From IMG/VR virus record IMGVR_UViG_2563366840_000001: DNA of 64,000 nt, one strand, 5' to 3'. Below the pieces are notes generated by a model. It was given only the letters and a program-made list of their open reading frames with translations. It was not told where the DNA came from and did not search any database. Positions 10,067 to 22,015 of the stretch are shown here, piece by piece; position 1 is the first letter of the stretch; every line of letters begins with the position of its first letter. Source of the stretch: a virus (Duplodnaviria > Heunggongvirae > Uroviricota > Caudoviricetes). The position numbers and the translations under genes are program-made.

Positions 10067-10555
10067 CTAAAACGGAATATCGTCGTCAAAGTCCATTGGA
10101 GATTCGTTATTGGCGTTGCTCTGAGGTTTACCGCCACCACTGTATTGCTGGTGGTTTTGAGGTTGGTTTGATTGCCCCCAGCCATTTGAGGACTGTGAAT
10201 CGTCACGGCGAGCGCCGATCATTTGCATGGTGCCGCCCTGGCTGACGATAATTTCCGTCGTGTAACGTTCTACACCGGCGTCATCTGTCCACTTACGGGT
10301 TTTAAGTTTTCCTTCGATGTAGACCTGAGAACCTTTTCGTAAATACTCACTCGCAATTTCAGCAAGTTTCCCGAACAAAACGACTCTATGCCATTCTGTT
10401 TGCTCTTTCTGTTGGCCCGTTTGCTTGTCGCGCCATGATTCATTTGTTGCGATGCTTAGTCTTCCGACCGTTCCGCCATTTGGTATATACCTGATCTCCG
10501 GGTCTTGCCCCAGAGTACCAATCAGGATGACTTTGTTTACACCGCGTTGTGCCAC
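10067..10555 (-). CDS. ssb: Single-stranded DNA-binding protein
   Basis: [22 protein letters not shown]-fold N-terminus and acidic C-terminal tail DFDDDIPF; probable GTG start (track ORF starts at upstream TTG 10576). Confidence 0.93.
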   Translation of the reverse strand: MAQRGVNKVILIGTLGQDPEIRYIPNGGTVGRLSIATNESWRDKQTGQQKEQTEWHRVVLFGKLAEIASEYLRKGSQVYIEGKLKTRKWTDDAGVERYTTEIIVSQGGTMQMIGARRDDSQSSNGWGQSNQPQNHQQYSGGGKPQSNANNESPMDFDDDIPF

Positions 10556-10574
10556 TTTTCTTACCCAATAAAAC

Positions 10575-10591
10575 AAATTAATTAGAGCAAT
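10575..10591 (-). promoter_or_regulatory. C1 operator 17-mer (ATTGCTCTAATTAATTT on minus strand)
   Basis: 16/17 match to the P1 C1 operator consensus ATTGCTCTAATAAATTT; in the ssb/lyz divergent region. Confidence 0.7.
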
Positions 10592-10723
10592 AATGTATAT
10601 CTTTGAAACGTAGCTAACAAGTGATTTGCATTATCCTGTGTCTTCTAAAGGGATCGAGTCAGTCGGTATTGGCTGTGAATGGGTGTTTGTCCTGGAGCGT
10701 AAAAATTCGCTTATGAGGTCTTT

Positions 10724-11281
10724 ATGAAGGGAAAAACAGCCGCAGGAGGCGGTGCAATTTGCGCTATCGCGGTGATGATTACCATCGTAATGGGTAATGG
10801 CAATGTGCGAACCAACCAGGCGGGGCTTGAGCTGATTGGTAACGCTGAAGGTTGCCGACGTGATCCATACATGTGCCCGGCGGGGGTATGGACTGACGGG
10901 ATCGGTAATACACACGGGGTAACGCCGGGTGTGCGAAAAACCGACCAGCAAATCGCCGCTGATTGGGAAAAGAATATCCTGATCGCTGAACGCTGTATTA
11001 ATCAGCACTTCCGGGGCAAAGACATGCCCGATAATGCCTTTAGTGCAATGACAAGCGCGGCATTCAATATGGGATGCAATAGCTTACGGACCTACTACAG
11101 CAAAGCGCGAGGCATGCGAGTCGAAACGTCCATCCACAAGTGGGCGCAGAAAGGGGAATGGGTGAATATGTGTAACCATCTCCCTGATTTTGTGAACAGT
11201 AACGGCGTGCCCCTGCGAGGTTTAAAGATTCGCCGTGAAAAAGAACGCCAGCTTTGCCTGACGGGACTGGTCAATGAATAA
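10724..11281 (+). CDS. lyz: SAR endolysin (lysozyme)
   Basis: 185 aa; N-terminal signal-arrest-release hydrophobic segment GGGAICAIAVMITIVMG followed by a lysozyme domain; matches the recalled P1 Lyz sequence. Confidence 0.95.
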   Translation: MKGKTAAGGGAICAIAVMITIVMGNGNVRTNQAGLELIGNAEGCRRDPYMCPAGVWTDGIGNTHGVTPGVRKTDQQIAADWEKNILIAERCINQHFRGKDMPDNAFSAMTSAAFNMGCNSLRTYYSKARGMRVETSIHKWAQKGEWVNMCNHLPDFVNSNGVPLRGLKIRREKERQLCLTGLVNE

Positions 11282-11525
11282 ACTCCGGCAGCTCCGCAGA
11301 CTTTCGACAATGAAGTTATCGCTGGCAGCGATAGTTTTCGACTCGATTTTCATGGCGGTATATGTGCTTAATGAAACGTGGCCACTGGAACCGCTATTGT
11401 ATGCTGGGCTTCGGCTGTGCCTGACATTTTTGAGCATGGCCGCGAGATTGATGCAGCAGAAAGAAACCGCTTCAGATTGTCCACGCCGCGCGGTGCGCAA
11501 TTATATGGCACGCAGACGAAGGTGA
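11274..11525 (+). CDS. Small membrane protein downstream of lyz
   Basis: 83-aa ORF overlapping the lyz stop, hydrophobic N-terminal region; followed by a terminator. Confidence 0.4.
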   Translation: MNKLRQLRRLSTMKLSLAAIVFDSIFMAVYVLNETWPLEPLLYAGLRLCLTFLSMAARLMQQKETASDCPRRAVRNYMARRRR

Positions 11526-11541
11526 TAATAGTTAACGAGAA

Positions 11542-11567
11542 CCCCGGCACTCGCCGGGGTTATTTTT
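11542..11567 (+). terminator. Rho-independent terminator
   Basis: CCCCGGC-actc-GCCGGGG stem followed by TTATTTTT. Confidence 0.75.
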
Positions 11568-11572
11568 GGTGG

Positions 11573-14303
<2,731 letters not shown>

Positions 14304-14369
14304 TTAATTAGAATAATTCGCATCGTGTTTGAACGGAATTTAACACTAGTCACTTGTTAAGGATTACCA

Positions 14370-17300
14370 ATGAACAAGCTATCTATGGGTGTGTTTCGCT
14401 GTTCAAGTGTCAGCGAAATATTGAAATACATTAGGGCAATAACATCTCACCGAGCGCCGATTAAATACGGCGTGGAAAAGGTGGAAGGCAAAAGCTATGA
14501 CCGACTGCGCCGGGAGGCGAATCAGAAGGCGATAGATTTGCTTAATTCGCTGGTGGACGGCGCGACACTGACAGATGAACAGCGCCAGATCCTGGCCGGG
14601 TACACTGGTGAAGGCGGCATTGGCGGGTCCGTCTCCGAATATTACACACCAAAGCCTATCGCTGAAGGTGTCTGGGAGATCATGAAGCTCTACGGCGCGG
14701 ACGTAGGTAACACTCTGGAACCATCGGCGGGAACCGGCGTTTTTAATGAGACAAAACCGGTTGGTACGGTGATGACCGCGACTGAGATCAGCAGTGTTTC
14801 CGGTCGTATAAACCAGTTGTTACACCCGGAAGACAGCGTACAGATTTCCCCGTTCGAACAGCTGGCTATAAACACGCCTAACGATTCATTCGACCATGTT
14901 GTGGGTAACGTTCCGTTCGGCGGTCGTGATAACACACGCAACATCGATAAGCCTTACGCAGAAGAAACGGACATGGGGTCTTACTTCATGCTCCGCATGC
15001 TGGACAAGATAAAACCTGGCGGATTCATGTGTGTGATTGTGCCGCCGTCCATTGTTTCAGGTTCAAACATGAAGCGGTTACGCCTGCGCTTATCCCGTAA
15101 AGCTGAATTTCTTGGCGCTCACCGCTTGCCTACCGGTACTTTTGACGCAAACGGGACCAGTACAGTCGTTGATGTGGTGCTGATGCGCAAACATCCGGCA
15201 GAGATGGCTGAGAAAATCCCCCTGGTGGATGAAAGCACTCTTGAATCGGCAAATGTGCTTTGGCCAACGTTTATTTCTGGCAAGTGGTTTGAAAAGGACG
15301 GTCGCCGGTTTGTTCATGGCACCCAGGAAAAGGGCTTCCAGGGGCGTATTGAGGTTCGTGCCGACGGTCAGATTGATAACCAGGCTCTTAAAGCGAAGCT
15401 GATTCATCGTTTCGAAAGCCGTATCGACTGGTCTTTGCTCGATATGGCTGAACCGTCACCGACCGCAGACGTTGTTGGTGAAGGGGAAATGCGCCTGATT
15501 AATGGCGTATGGCAAAAATATGCTGGTGGTCGCTGGATTGAAGCTGATGCCGGGAAGGAACTTAAGATCGATGCTGCCAGTTATGGCGCGGATAGCTGGG
15601 AGGCTCTTCAGCGTAACCTGACTACAACAGAAGGCCGTCTCGGCATGACATTTACCCAGATGGCAAATGTCCGCGATAAGTACACCACATCAATCAGCGA
15701 CGATATGGTGCAGCTGGTGGACTGGATTAACAGCCAGCCTGAAAAATACCGTGAACGCTTGTATCGCGGGGCGATGATTGGCCGGATGTTAATTGAATAT
15801 CAGGACATGAAGGCCGCCGGGCATAGTGCTGAACAAATCGAACAGCAGCGCCTTTCTCTGGTATCCCGTTTGCAGGCAGAGATTGACCGTTTTGGTAACC
15901 CCGGTCGCGGTCCGATAGCGAAATTGTCGGGGAGCGGTGCGCGCGCCTGGTTTGCTTTCCGTGGTGCGATTAAGCTGGATGGCACTATTTCTGACGAGCT
16001 GACAGGAAAGCTGGTTACGCATGATTCCAGCGCCAGTTATGACTCCACCAGCTATCAGGACACCCTGCGTTATCTCTATAGCGATCTTACCCGCGATCCA
16101 ATCCAGCTCGATGATTTCCGCCTTGCGTTTACCGGCGAACTGCCAGCCAGTGATGAAGAGTTGCTTAATTTATTGGCCAGCACCCCTGGTATTGCGGTTT
16201 CACCGTATGGCGGGATTGTTCCGTTCGCCCGCGCCACCAGCGGCGACATTAACGAGATAGTGGCTCCAAAACAGGAATTTCTTGCCACACTCCCCGACGG
16301 TCCAGTAAAGAACAACGTCCTTAATCAGCTGGCAGCGATCGAAGAGAAGCGCATCAAGACGCCAGCAGAGAATATCCGCTTTAAGCTCAATAGCCGTTGG
16401 TTCGACCGCTCCGTCATTCTGGAATTTTTGCAGGAAAACGGCTATCCGGATCTGCGCTATGTGCAGTCAGTGCAGCTGGAAGGCGACGAAATGGTTTCTG
16501 ACACCTATCACGGTGGTGATGGTCTGTTCGTCGGGCACCGATACGGTGTCGTCCAGCGCAAGGATAAAGAAACAGGCGAGATCCGCTACGAGTGGGACCG
16601 TAAATCAGGTGAAAACGCGACCGGGTTCCCGGCACAGCTGGAAAAGTATCTCAATGGTGCGCGTATCGGTGGCAAAGATAGCGCGACGGCGAACGGCTAC
16701 CGCGAGCAGATGGCACTGCTTGAGGACCAGTTCAATAAGTGGATCAAGACGCACGATCGCTACGATGAACTGGTTGCCAAATACAACGATGTGTTCAATA
16801 GCAATATCCCGTATGAACACTCTGGCGATCCGCTTGGGTTGAAGGGATTAAGCGGTAAGCGCCAGCCATTTGATTACCAGAATAGCGAAGTGCGCCGACT
16901 GTCCGAAGATGGGCGCGGCATCCTGGGCTTCGGCACCGGGCTGGGTAAAACTACGACCGCGCTGGTGCTTGAGGCGTTCAACTATGAGAACGGTCGCTCC
17001 ACCCGTACTGCGTATGTAGTGCCTAAATCAGTGCTGGAAAACTGGTATTACGAAGCAAAAGAATTCCTGAGTGAAGAGGCATTCAGTAACTACCTGTTCG
17101 TCGGTCTTGATGTGCTGATGGATGGCGATCAGATTCGCCAGGTGCCGGTGCTCGATGAGAACGGTAAACCTGTTCTTGGTACTGATGGCACTCCAGTTAT
17201 GCGCGATGCCCTAAAACTGGCAGATGAAGCCACTATCACGGCGCGGATGAACGCGATCCCGCACTCAAATTACCGTGCAGTCGTGTTTACCAAAGAACAA

Positions 17301-20300
17301 TACGCCCGCATTCCGCTACGTGATGACACCGTAGATGAGCATGCACAGGATATGCTTTATGACTTCGTTGCCGCCGGGCGCGTAGCCAGCGCAATGGACT
17401 CCGACTCCCACCGCAAAGAGGCCGCGCGTCGCCGGGTATTGTCGGAGTATTCAGATACCGGCACCGAAAAAGCAGAGAAGTATCCGTACTTTGAGGATAT
17501 GGGCTTCGATAGTGTGATCGCTGACGAAGGTCACAACTACCGCAATAGCTATAAAAATGGTCGCGAAGCGTCACAACTGGCCTATCTGCCCACCAGCGCG
17601 GTGGCGCAATCGGCGCGGGATATGGCAATTAAAAACGCGTACCTGATGAAAAAGAATGGTGGGCGCGGACCGGTTCTCCTGACTGCAACGCCAGTCGTTA
17701 ACACCCCGATCGATGCATACAACATGCTTTCTCATGTGCTGCCGAAGGAATACTGGCAGAAGATGGGGATCTACGGTCCTGATGACTTCGTTAAATTCTT
17801 CGGCAAGACCAGGCTGGAAACGGTACAGAAAATCAGCGGTGAAGTTGAAGAAAAAATGGCGCTGGTGGGCTTTGAAAACCTTGATGCGCTGCGCGGCATA
17901 TTCCATCGCTGGACAACGCTTAAAACGGCGGAAGACGTTAAGGATACCGTGGAGATCCCGGAACTGGACGAACACCAGCAGGATGCACCACTTACGGAAG
18001 AACAACTGGCGGCGTATGAAGAATTGCGTCAGCAGGCGGAAGCGGCAGCCAAAGCCAACAATGGCGTAACGACCTCGGTCAATGAAGACGGCGTGATTGA
18101 GCACGAGAAAGCCCGTCCGATCTTCTCAATAATCAGGGATATGGACCGCGTATGTACTGACATGGACCTGTACTATCGCAGGATCACCTATCGTTTCCTG
18201 CCGGAGTACGCCGATGCGGTGCAGCAGCTGGCGGACAGTTTGCCTAAACAAGCCACCAGCGAAGACGACGACAGTGATGATTCGATCACGCAGCAATCGC
18301 AATACTCCCTGATAGATAAGGGCGAGTTTATTCAGTTGCAGGTACCGGAAGCATTTGAGCAGGAAGTGAATAAGCGCCTGGCCAGGTTTGGCATTGACGA
18401 ACAGACCGTAACTCACCCCGTTACGCCCAAATACGCGAAGCTGATTGCCACGCTGAAGGAGTTTTTCCCGGAAGGTAAGCAAATCATCTTCACCGATGAA
18501 AAAACGCAACACCAGAAGCTCAAGCGCATTATCTGCAATGCTCTTAACCTTGAACCTTCAAAGGTGGGGATCCTGAATGCTCAGACGGTTGCCGAGGCAG
18601 GTAAAACCGGTAAGAAACTGAAAGCGGTTAAACCACCGAAAGAGCTACCGGATGAACCAACAGATGCACAGATAGCGAAATACAACGAGCAAATGGCTCT
18701 GTATGACGCCTATATCGCGCAGCAAAATGAAATGTCGCTGGGTGGGCTGGAAAAGATTGCTGCCGACTTCCAGGAGGGCCGGACTCCGATCATCATCTGC
18801 AACAAAAAGGCAGAGGTGGGTATCAACCTGCATCGAGGAACGACTGACATCCATCATCTGACGTTGCCATGGACACCAGCCAGTATCGCACAGCGTAACG
18901 GTCGCGGTGCCCGAGTTGGTTCCAACCGTGCAAGCGTTCGCGTTCACTACTACTGCGGCAAGGGTTCTTTCGATGAATACCGACTGAAGACGCTGAAGCG
19001 TAAAGCAGGCTGGATCTCCGATATCCTCCGCTCAGATAAGTCTGAAATGGAGAACGCCGACGCCAACGATATGATCGAAATGCAGATGTATACCGCTAAG
19101 GATGATGGCGAACGTCTGGCAATGATGCAGGTTCAAATGGATAAGGCGAAAGCCGCGCAACGCGCTCGCCAGAAAGAACAGGCTACTATCGACCTTCAGA
19201 ACTACATCAAGGCGCAGCACGCAGCTGGCGAGGATGTGGAGGTACTTACCGCTGAATTAGAGCGAAGCAAAGCGGAACTTGAAAAGACCACCGCCGAGGT
19301 AGCTAAATTCAAACAGGCGGTAATGGCCAAAGCAGCTGATAACGCAGACTGGAAGGCCCGCTGGGGGAGCGTCCATCACACAGACCGTATGTTGTTAGCA
19401 CAGTATCGCGCGTCGTTGAAAAACGCCATTCAGCGCAAGGCTAATATCTCTCAAGCCATCTCCCGCTATGAGAAATTATTGAACCGTACTCAGAAGGCCG
19501 CGACGGATATCAAACGCCTGCGCCCGCTGGTGGAGGATGCAATAAATAAAGGCATTCTGGATGTTGATCCTGACCTGGTTAACCATGCGAGTGAGTTCCT
19601 TGTTATCGGCGATCGCTCATGGCGTGTAGGCCAATACTACGATTGTGCCGGTGATATCGTTCGCATTAAGTCGCTGGACTTCGACAGCCAGCGCGCAGAC
19701 GTGGAGATCATCTTTACCTTCAAAGGCACCAAATCGGGTAACTGGGATGTGAAGACGCTGGATAAACAGGTGGATGTAACTCCCGATGAAGATGCTGTTA
19801 TGCAGAAAATCAGTGGTGGCGTCTCCATCGCCGGGATTAACGACATCATTTCCTGTGACGATTTCTACCGTTTCCAGCAGCGCGGCATGATCAAAATAAC
19901 TGACTCGTACGGCGTTCAGACTACAGAGTCAGGCTATAGCATTGATTTTGTTGGTACCTATACGGACCCACTGAAGCATGCGGTTTACCCGGATCGCCGT
20001 GACGGCGCGCTGAAGTCGTCAATTGCAAAATGGGTGCTTGGTATGATGTCGGAAGGGAATAACCGCCAGATCCGTTCGGCAGAAACATTCCTGGTTGAAT
20101 TGTTTGGCTCCAATTATGGCGATGTAATCGCGTCATACGGAGATACGCTATCCCCTGAAGCAATTCAGGAGAAAATAGCGGATGCGATCGCCAGAATGCC
20201 GGAAAAAACAAGCCAGGGGGCTACTCGTAACGGGGATTCTGAACTTGAAGTCACCAATGCCATTTTCGGTACCAATGAGTTCCGGGGGTCAGATTATGAG

Positions 20301-21137
20301 ATCACCACAGCACAGTTTGGCACCATTGGCATTTACAGCAATAAAGCCGAGATCAAGCAGGCAATGGACGCAGCAAGCGCGCGCATCGCAGCAGAACGGG
20401 AAGCCAATCTGAATCATGCAGTCGCCGCGCTGACTCAATCGTGGGTAACAGCAATCAGGGAGGCCGCCACCACAGGGAAAATCACACCTGCAATAGCGGA
20501 TGTCGTAAACGACGGCTCTAAATTTATGGATGCCTATCAAATGGATGCGGTGAAGTTGCCATCAGCCTATGGTCAACTCAGCTATCGCATGACCTACAAC
20601 CTGGTATCAATGTTTTCCGACCTTGCCATCCTTGGGCTGGTGGATCTTAACGAGGTTACGCCGGAATTGCTCAGCATGCGCAAGAATCATGTGGAGATAT
20701 TGCAGAGAATTAACACGGTTCTTGCCGGGCGCACCGATGAAGAGAAACAGGCCGACGCTGATCGGATAAACCTAGCCCTTGGCAACATCACGGAGGAAGA
20801 GATTGCCGCCAGAAACGAGAAACAAGAAGAGTTATCATCAATACAGGGTGATGCCACCAGCATAGCTCAGTCTCTTGGTCTGAATTATCGCGTATCCACC
20901 GCCGACCTGAAGATGATGTACGCACCAAAATTCGCCGCTGGCGAGGTATTTGGGCTTCAGGAAGCCTCAGGCATGAAAGGCGTTCTTTTCCGTGCGAAAG
21001 ACGCAATCAAGGCGAAATTCGGCGCTCGCTGGCTGCCAGCGAAGGCGAAGAACAGCGATTTCCCGGGTAACTGGTGGATTATCGAGACAAAACACAACGT
21101 GGCGGACGTTCTGGCCGTCATCCAACAATACGCATAA
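14370..21137 (+). CDS. darB: DarB antirestriction protein (N6-adenine methyltransferase plus helicase domains)
   Basis: 2255 aa; methyltransferase-like motif HVVGNVPFGG, helicase Walker A GFGTGLGKTT and DEGH box; size identical to P1 DarB. Confidence 0.9.
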   Translation: MNKLSMGVFRCSSVSEILKYIRAITSHRAPIKYGVEKVEGKSYDRLRREANQKAIDLLNSLVDGATLTDEQRQILAGYTGEGGIGGSVSEYYTPKPIAEGVWEIMKLYGADVGNTLEPSAGTGVFNETKPVGTVMTATEISSVSGRINQLLHPEDSVQISPFEQLAINTPNDSFDHVVGNVPFGGRDNTRNIDKPYAEETDMGSYFMLRMLDKIKPGGFMCVIVPPSIVSGSNMKRLRLRLSRKAEFLGAHRLPTGTFDANGTSTVVDVVLMRKHPAEMAEKIPLVDESTLESANVLWPTFISGKWFEKDGRRFVHGTQEKGFQGRIEVRADGQIDNQALKAKLIHRFESRIDWSLLDMAEPSPTADVVGEGEMRLINGVWQKYAGGRWIEADAGKELKIDAASYGADSWEALQRNLTTTEGRLGMTFTQMANVRDKYTTSISDDMVQLVDWINSQPEKYRERLYRGAMIGRMLIEYQDMKAAGHSAEQIEQQRLSLVSRLQAEIDRFGNPGRGPIAKLSGSGARAWFAFRGAIKLDGTISDELTGKLVTHDSSASYDSTSYQDTLRYLYSDLTRDPIQLDDFRLAFTGELPASDEELLNLLASTPGIAVSPYGGIVPFARATSGDINEIVAPKQEFLATLPDGPVKNNVLNQLAAIEEKRIKTPAENIRFKLNSRWFDRSVILEFLQENGYPDLRYVQSVQLEGDEMVSDTYHGGDGLFVGHRYGVVQRKDKETGEIRYEWDRKSGENATGFPAQLEKYLNGARIGGKDSATANGYREQMALLEDQFNKWIKTHDRYDELVAKYNDVFNSNIPYEHSGDPLGLKGLSGKRQPFDYQNSEVRRLSEDGRGILGFGTGLGKTTTALVLEAFNYENGRSTRTAYVVPKSVLENWYYEAKEFLSEEAFSNYLFVGLDVLMDGDQIRQVPVLDENGKPVLGTDGTPVMRDALKLADEATITARMNAIPHSNYRAVVFTKEQYARIPLRDDTVDEHAQDMLYDFVAAGRVASAMDSDSHRKEAARRRVLSEYSDTGTEKAEKYPYFEDMGFDSVIADEGHNYRNSYKNGREASQLAYLPTSAVAQSARDMAIKNAYLMKKNGGRGPVLLTATPVVNTPIDAYNMLSHVLPKEYWQKMGIYGPDDFVKFFGKTRLETVQKISGEVEEKMALVGFENLDALRGIFHRWTTLKTAEDVKDTVEIPELDEHQQDAPLTEEQLAAYEELRQQAEAAAKANNGVTTSVNEDGVIEHEKARPIFSIIRDMDRVCTDMDLYYRRITYRFLPEYADAVQQLADSLPKQATSEDDDSDDSITQQSQYSLIDKGEFIQLQVPEAFEQEVNKRLARFGIDEQTVTHPVTPKYAKLIATLKEFFPEGKQIIFTDEKTQHQKLKRIICNALNLEPSKVGILNAQTVAEAGKTGKKLKAVKPPKELPDEPTDAQIAKYNEQMALYDAYIAQQNEMSLGGLEKIAADFQEGRTPIIICNKKAEVGINLHRGTTDIHHLTLPWTPASIAQRNGRGARVGSNRASVRVHYYCGKGSFDEYRLKTLKRKAGWISDILRSDKSEMENADANDMIEMQMYTAKDDGERLAMMQVQMDKAKAAQRARQKEQATIDLQNYIKAQHAAGEDVEVLTAELERSKAELEKTTAEVAKFKQAVMAKAADNADWKARWGSVHHTDRMLLAQYRASLKNAIQRKANISQAISRYEKLLNRTQKAATDIKRLRPLVEDAINKGILDVDPDLVNHASEFLVIGDRSWRVGQYYDCAGDIVRIKSLDFDSQRADVEIIFTFKGTKSGNWDVKTLDKQVDVTPDEDAVMQKISGGVSIAGINDIISCDDFYRFQQRGMIKITDSYGVQTTESGYSIDFVGTYTDPLKHAVYPDRRDGALKSSIAKWVLGMMSEGNNRQIRSAETFLVELFGSNYGDVIASYGDTLSPEAIQEKIADAIARMPEKTSQGATRNGDSELEVTNAIFGTNEFRGSDYEITTAQFGTIGIYSNKAEIKQAMDAASARIAAEREANLNHAVAALTQSWVTAIREAATTGKITPAIADVVNDGSKFMDAYQMDAVKLPSAYGQLSYRMTYNLVSMFSDLAILGLVDLNEVTPELLSMRKNHVEILQRINTVLAGRTDEEKQADADRINLALGNITEEEIAARNEKQEELSSIQGDATSIAQSLGLNYRVSTADLKMMYAPKFAAGEVFGLQEASGMKGVLFRAKDAIKAKFGARWLPAKAKNSDFPGNWWIIETKHNVADVLAVIQQYA

Positions 21138-21170
21138 CAGGAGCGCCCGGTTCGCCGGGCGTCGCATAAT

Positions 21171-21611
21171 ATGGCCACACTATCTGATACAATAAAACCG
21201 AATAAAACATATCTTGAGGCGGTACTCCGTACAGCGTTGTTAGGAAAGACAGAAGACGAATACGTTGATTTCTTCCTGTCAGGGCTACGCGGGCGATTAC
21301 TGAAAAATCCCCGCCTGTACCGCAGCTATGGTCCATACTGGCCGGAAATTAAAAAATTATTACTGGAGCGCGGTTATGGTAATTTCGGTCGTCTCGTTGA
21401 CCGTGACGTTCGCAAAATTTACCGTTATGACCGCCCGGCGCTGACGCTCATAGCCGCGACGCTCTACAGCCAGGAGCGTTTTGATAATGGTCAGATATAC
21501 TCAGCCTGGCATTTACTGCCAGTACCTGAAGAGGTTGACGACCAGGACTATGAGTTTGAGTCTTACGATTTGGAAGTTGAAGCCTTAGCACAGGCTGGAG
21601 AGAAAACTTGA
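21171..21611 (+). CDS. ulx: Ulx
   Basis: 146-aa ORF between darB and lxc, as in P1. Confidence 0.65.
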   Translation: MATLSDTIKPNKTYLEAVLRTALLGKTEDEYVDFFLSGLRGRLLKNPRLYRSYGPYWPEIKKLLLERGYGNFGRLVDRDVRKIYRYDRPALTLIAATLYSQERFDNGQIYSAWHLLPVPEEVDDQDYEFESYDLEVEALAQAGEKT

Positions 21612-21856
21612 AAAAGCGATACTACACAGTAAAGCATGGGACGCTACGAGCATTACAAGAGTTTGCTGATAAGCATAACGTTGAGGTGCGCAGGGAGGGG
21701 GGAAGTAAAGCTCTGCGCATGTACCGTCCGGACGGGAAATGGCGTACGGTCGTCGATTTCAAAACTAACAGCGTTCCCCAGGGCGTCCGCGATCGGGCAT
21801 TCGAAGAATGGGAGCAGATCATCATAGATAATGCATTGCTTCTCAATGCGGATTAA
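21608..21856 (+). CDS. lxc: Lxc/Bof, C1 co-repressor
   Basis: 82-aa ORF, size and position of P1 Lxc (Bof). Confidence 0.7.
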   Translation: MKKRYYTVKHGTLRALQEFADKHNVEVRREGGSKALRMYRPDGKWRTVVDFKTNSVPQGVRDRAFEEWEQIIIDNALLLNAD

Positions 21857-22015
21857 ACTTCCCCAAATAATGGCTGTTTGCTCGCCGAGCATCGCTCAAA
21901 GAAACACGATTATTCAAACATATAGATAGTGATAGTGCCCTCGTATAAGTGTGACAACTTCTGGCTCTAGTGGGCTGGGGAGGCGGCGCTTTGTTGCTAA
22001 ATGATCTGGTTTAAA

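Noticed and set aside
17571-18104. 177-aa and other antisense ORFs inside darB, darA, ddrB, prt and pacA/pacB
   Set aside because: Shadow ORFs fully embedded in long, well-supported genes on the opposite strand.
21857-22015. IS1 copy expected from P1 in the res/mod to ssb region
   Set aside because: No IS1-like sequence is present here or between ssb and the Dar operon; the only IS in the window is the IS3-family element at 48075-49384.
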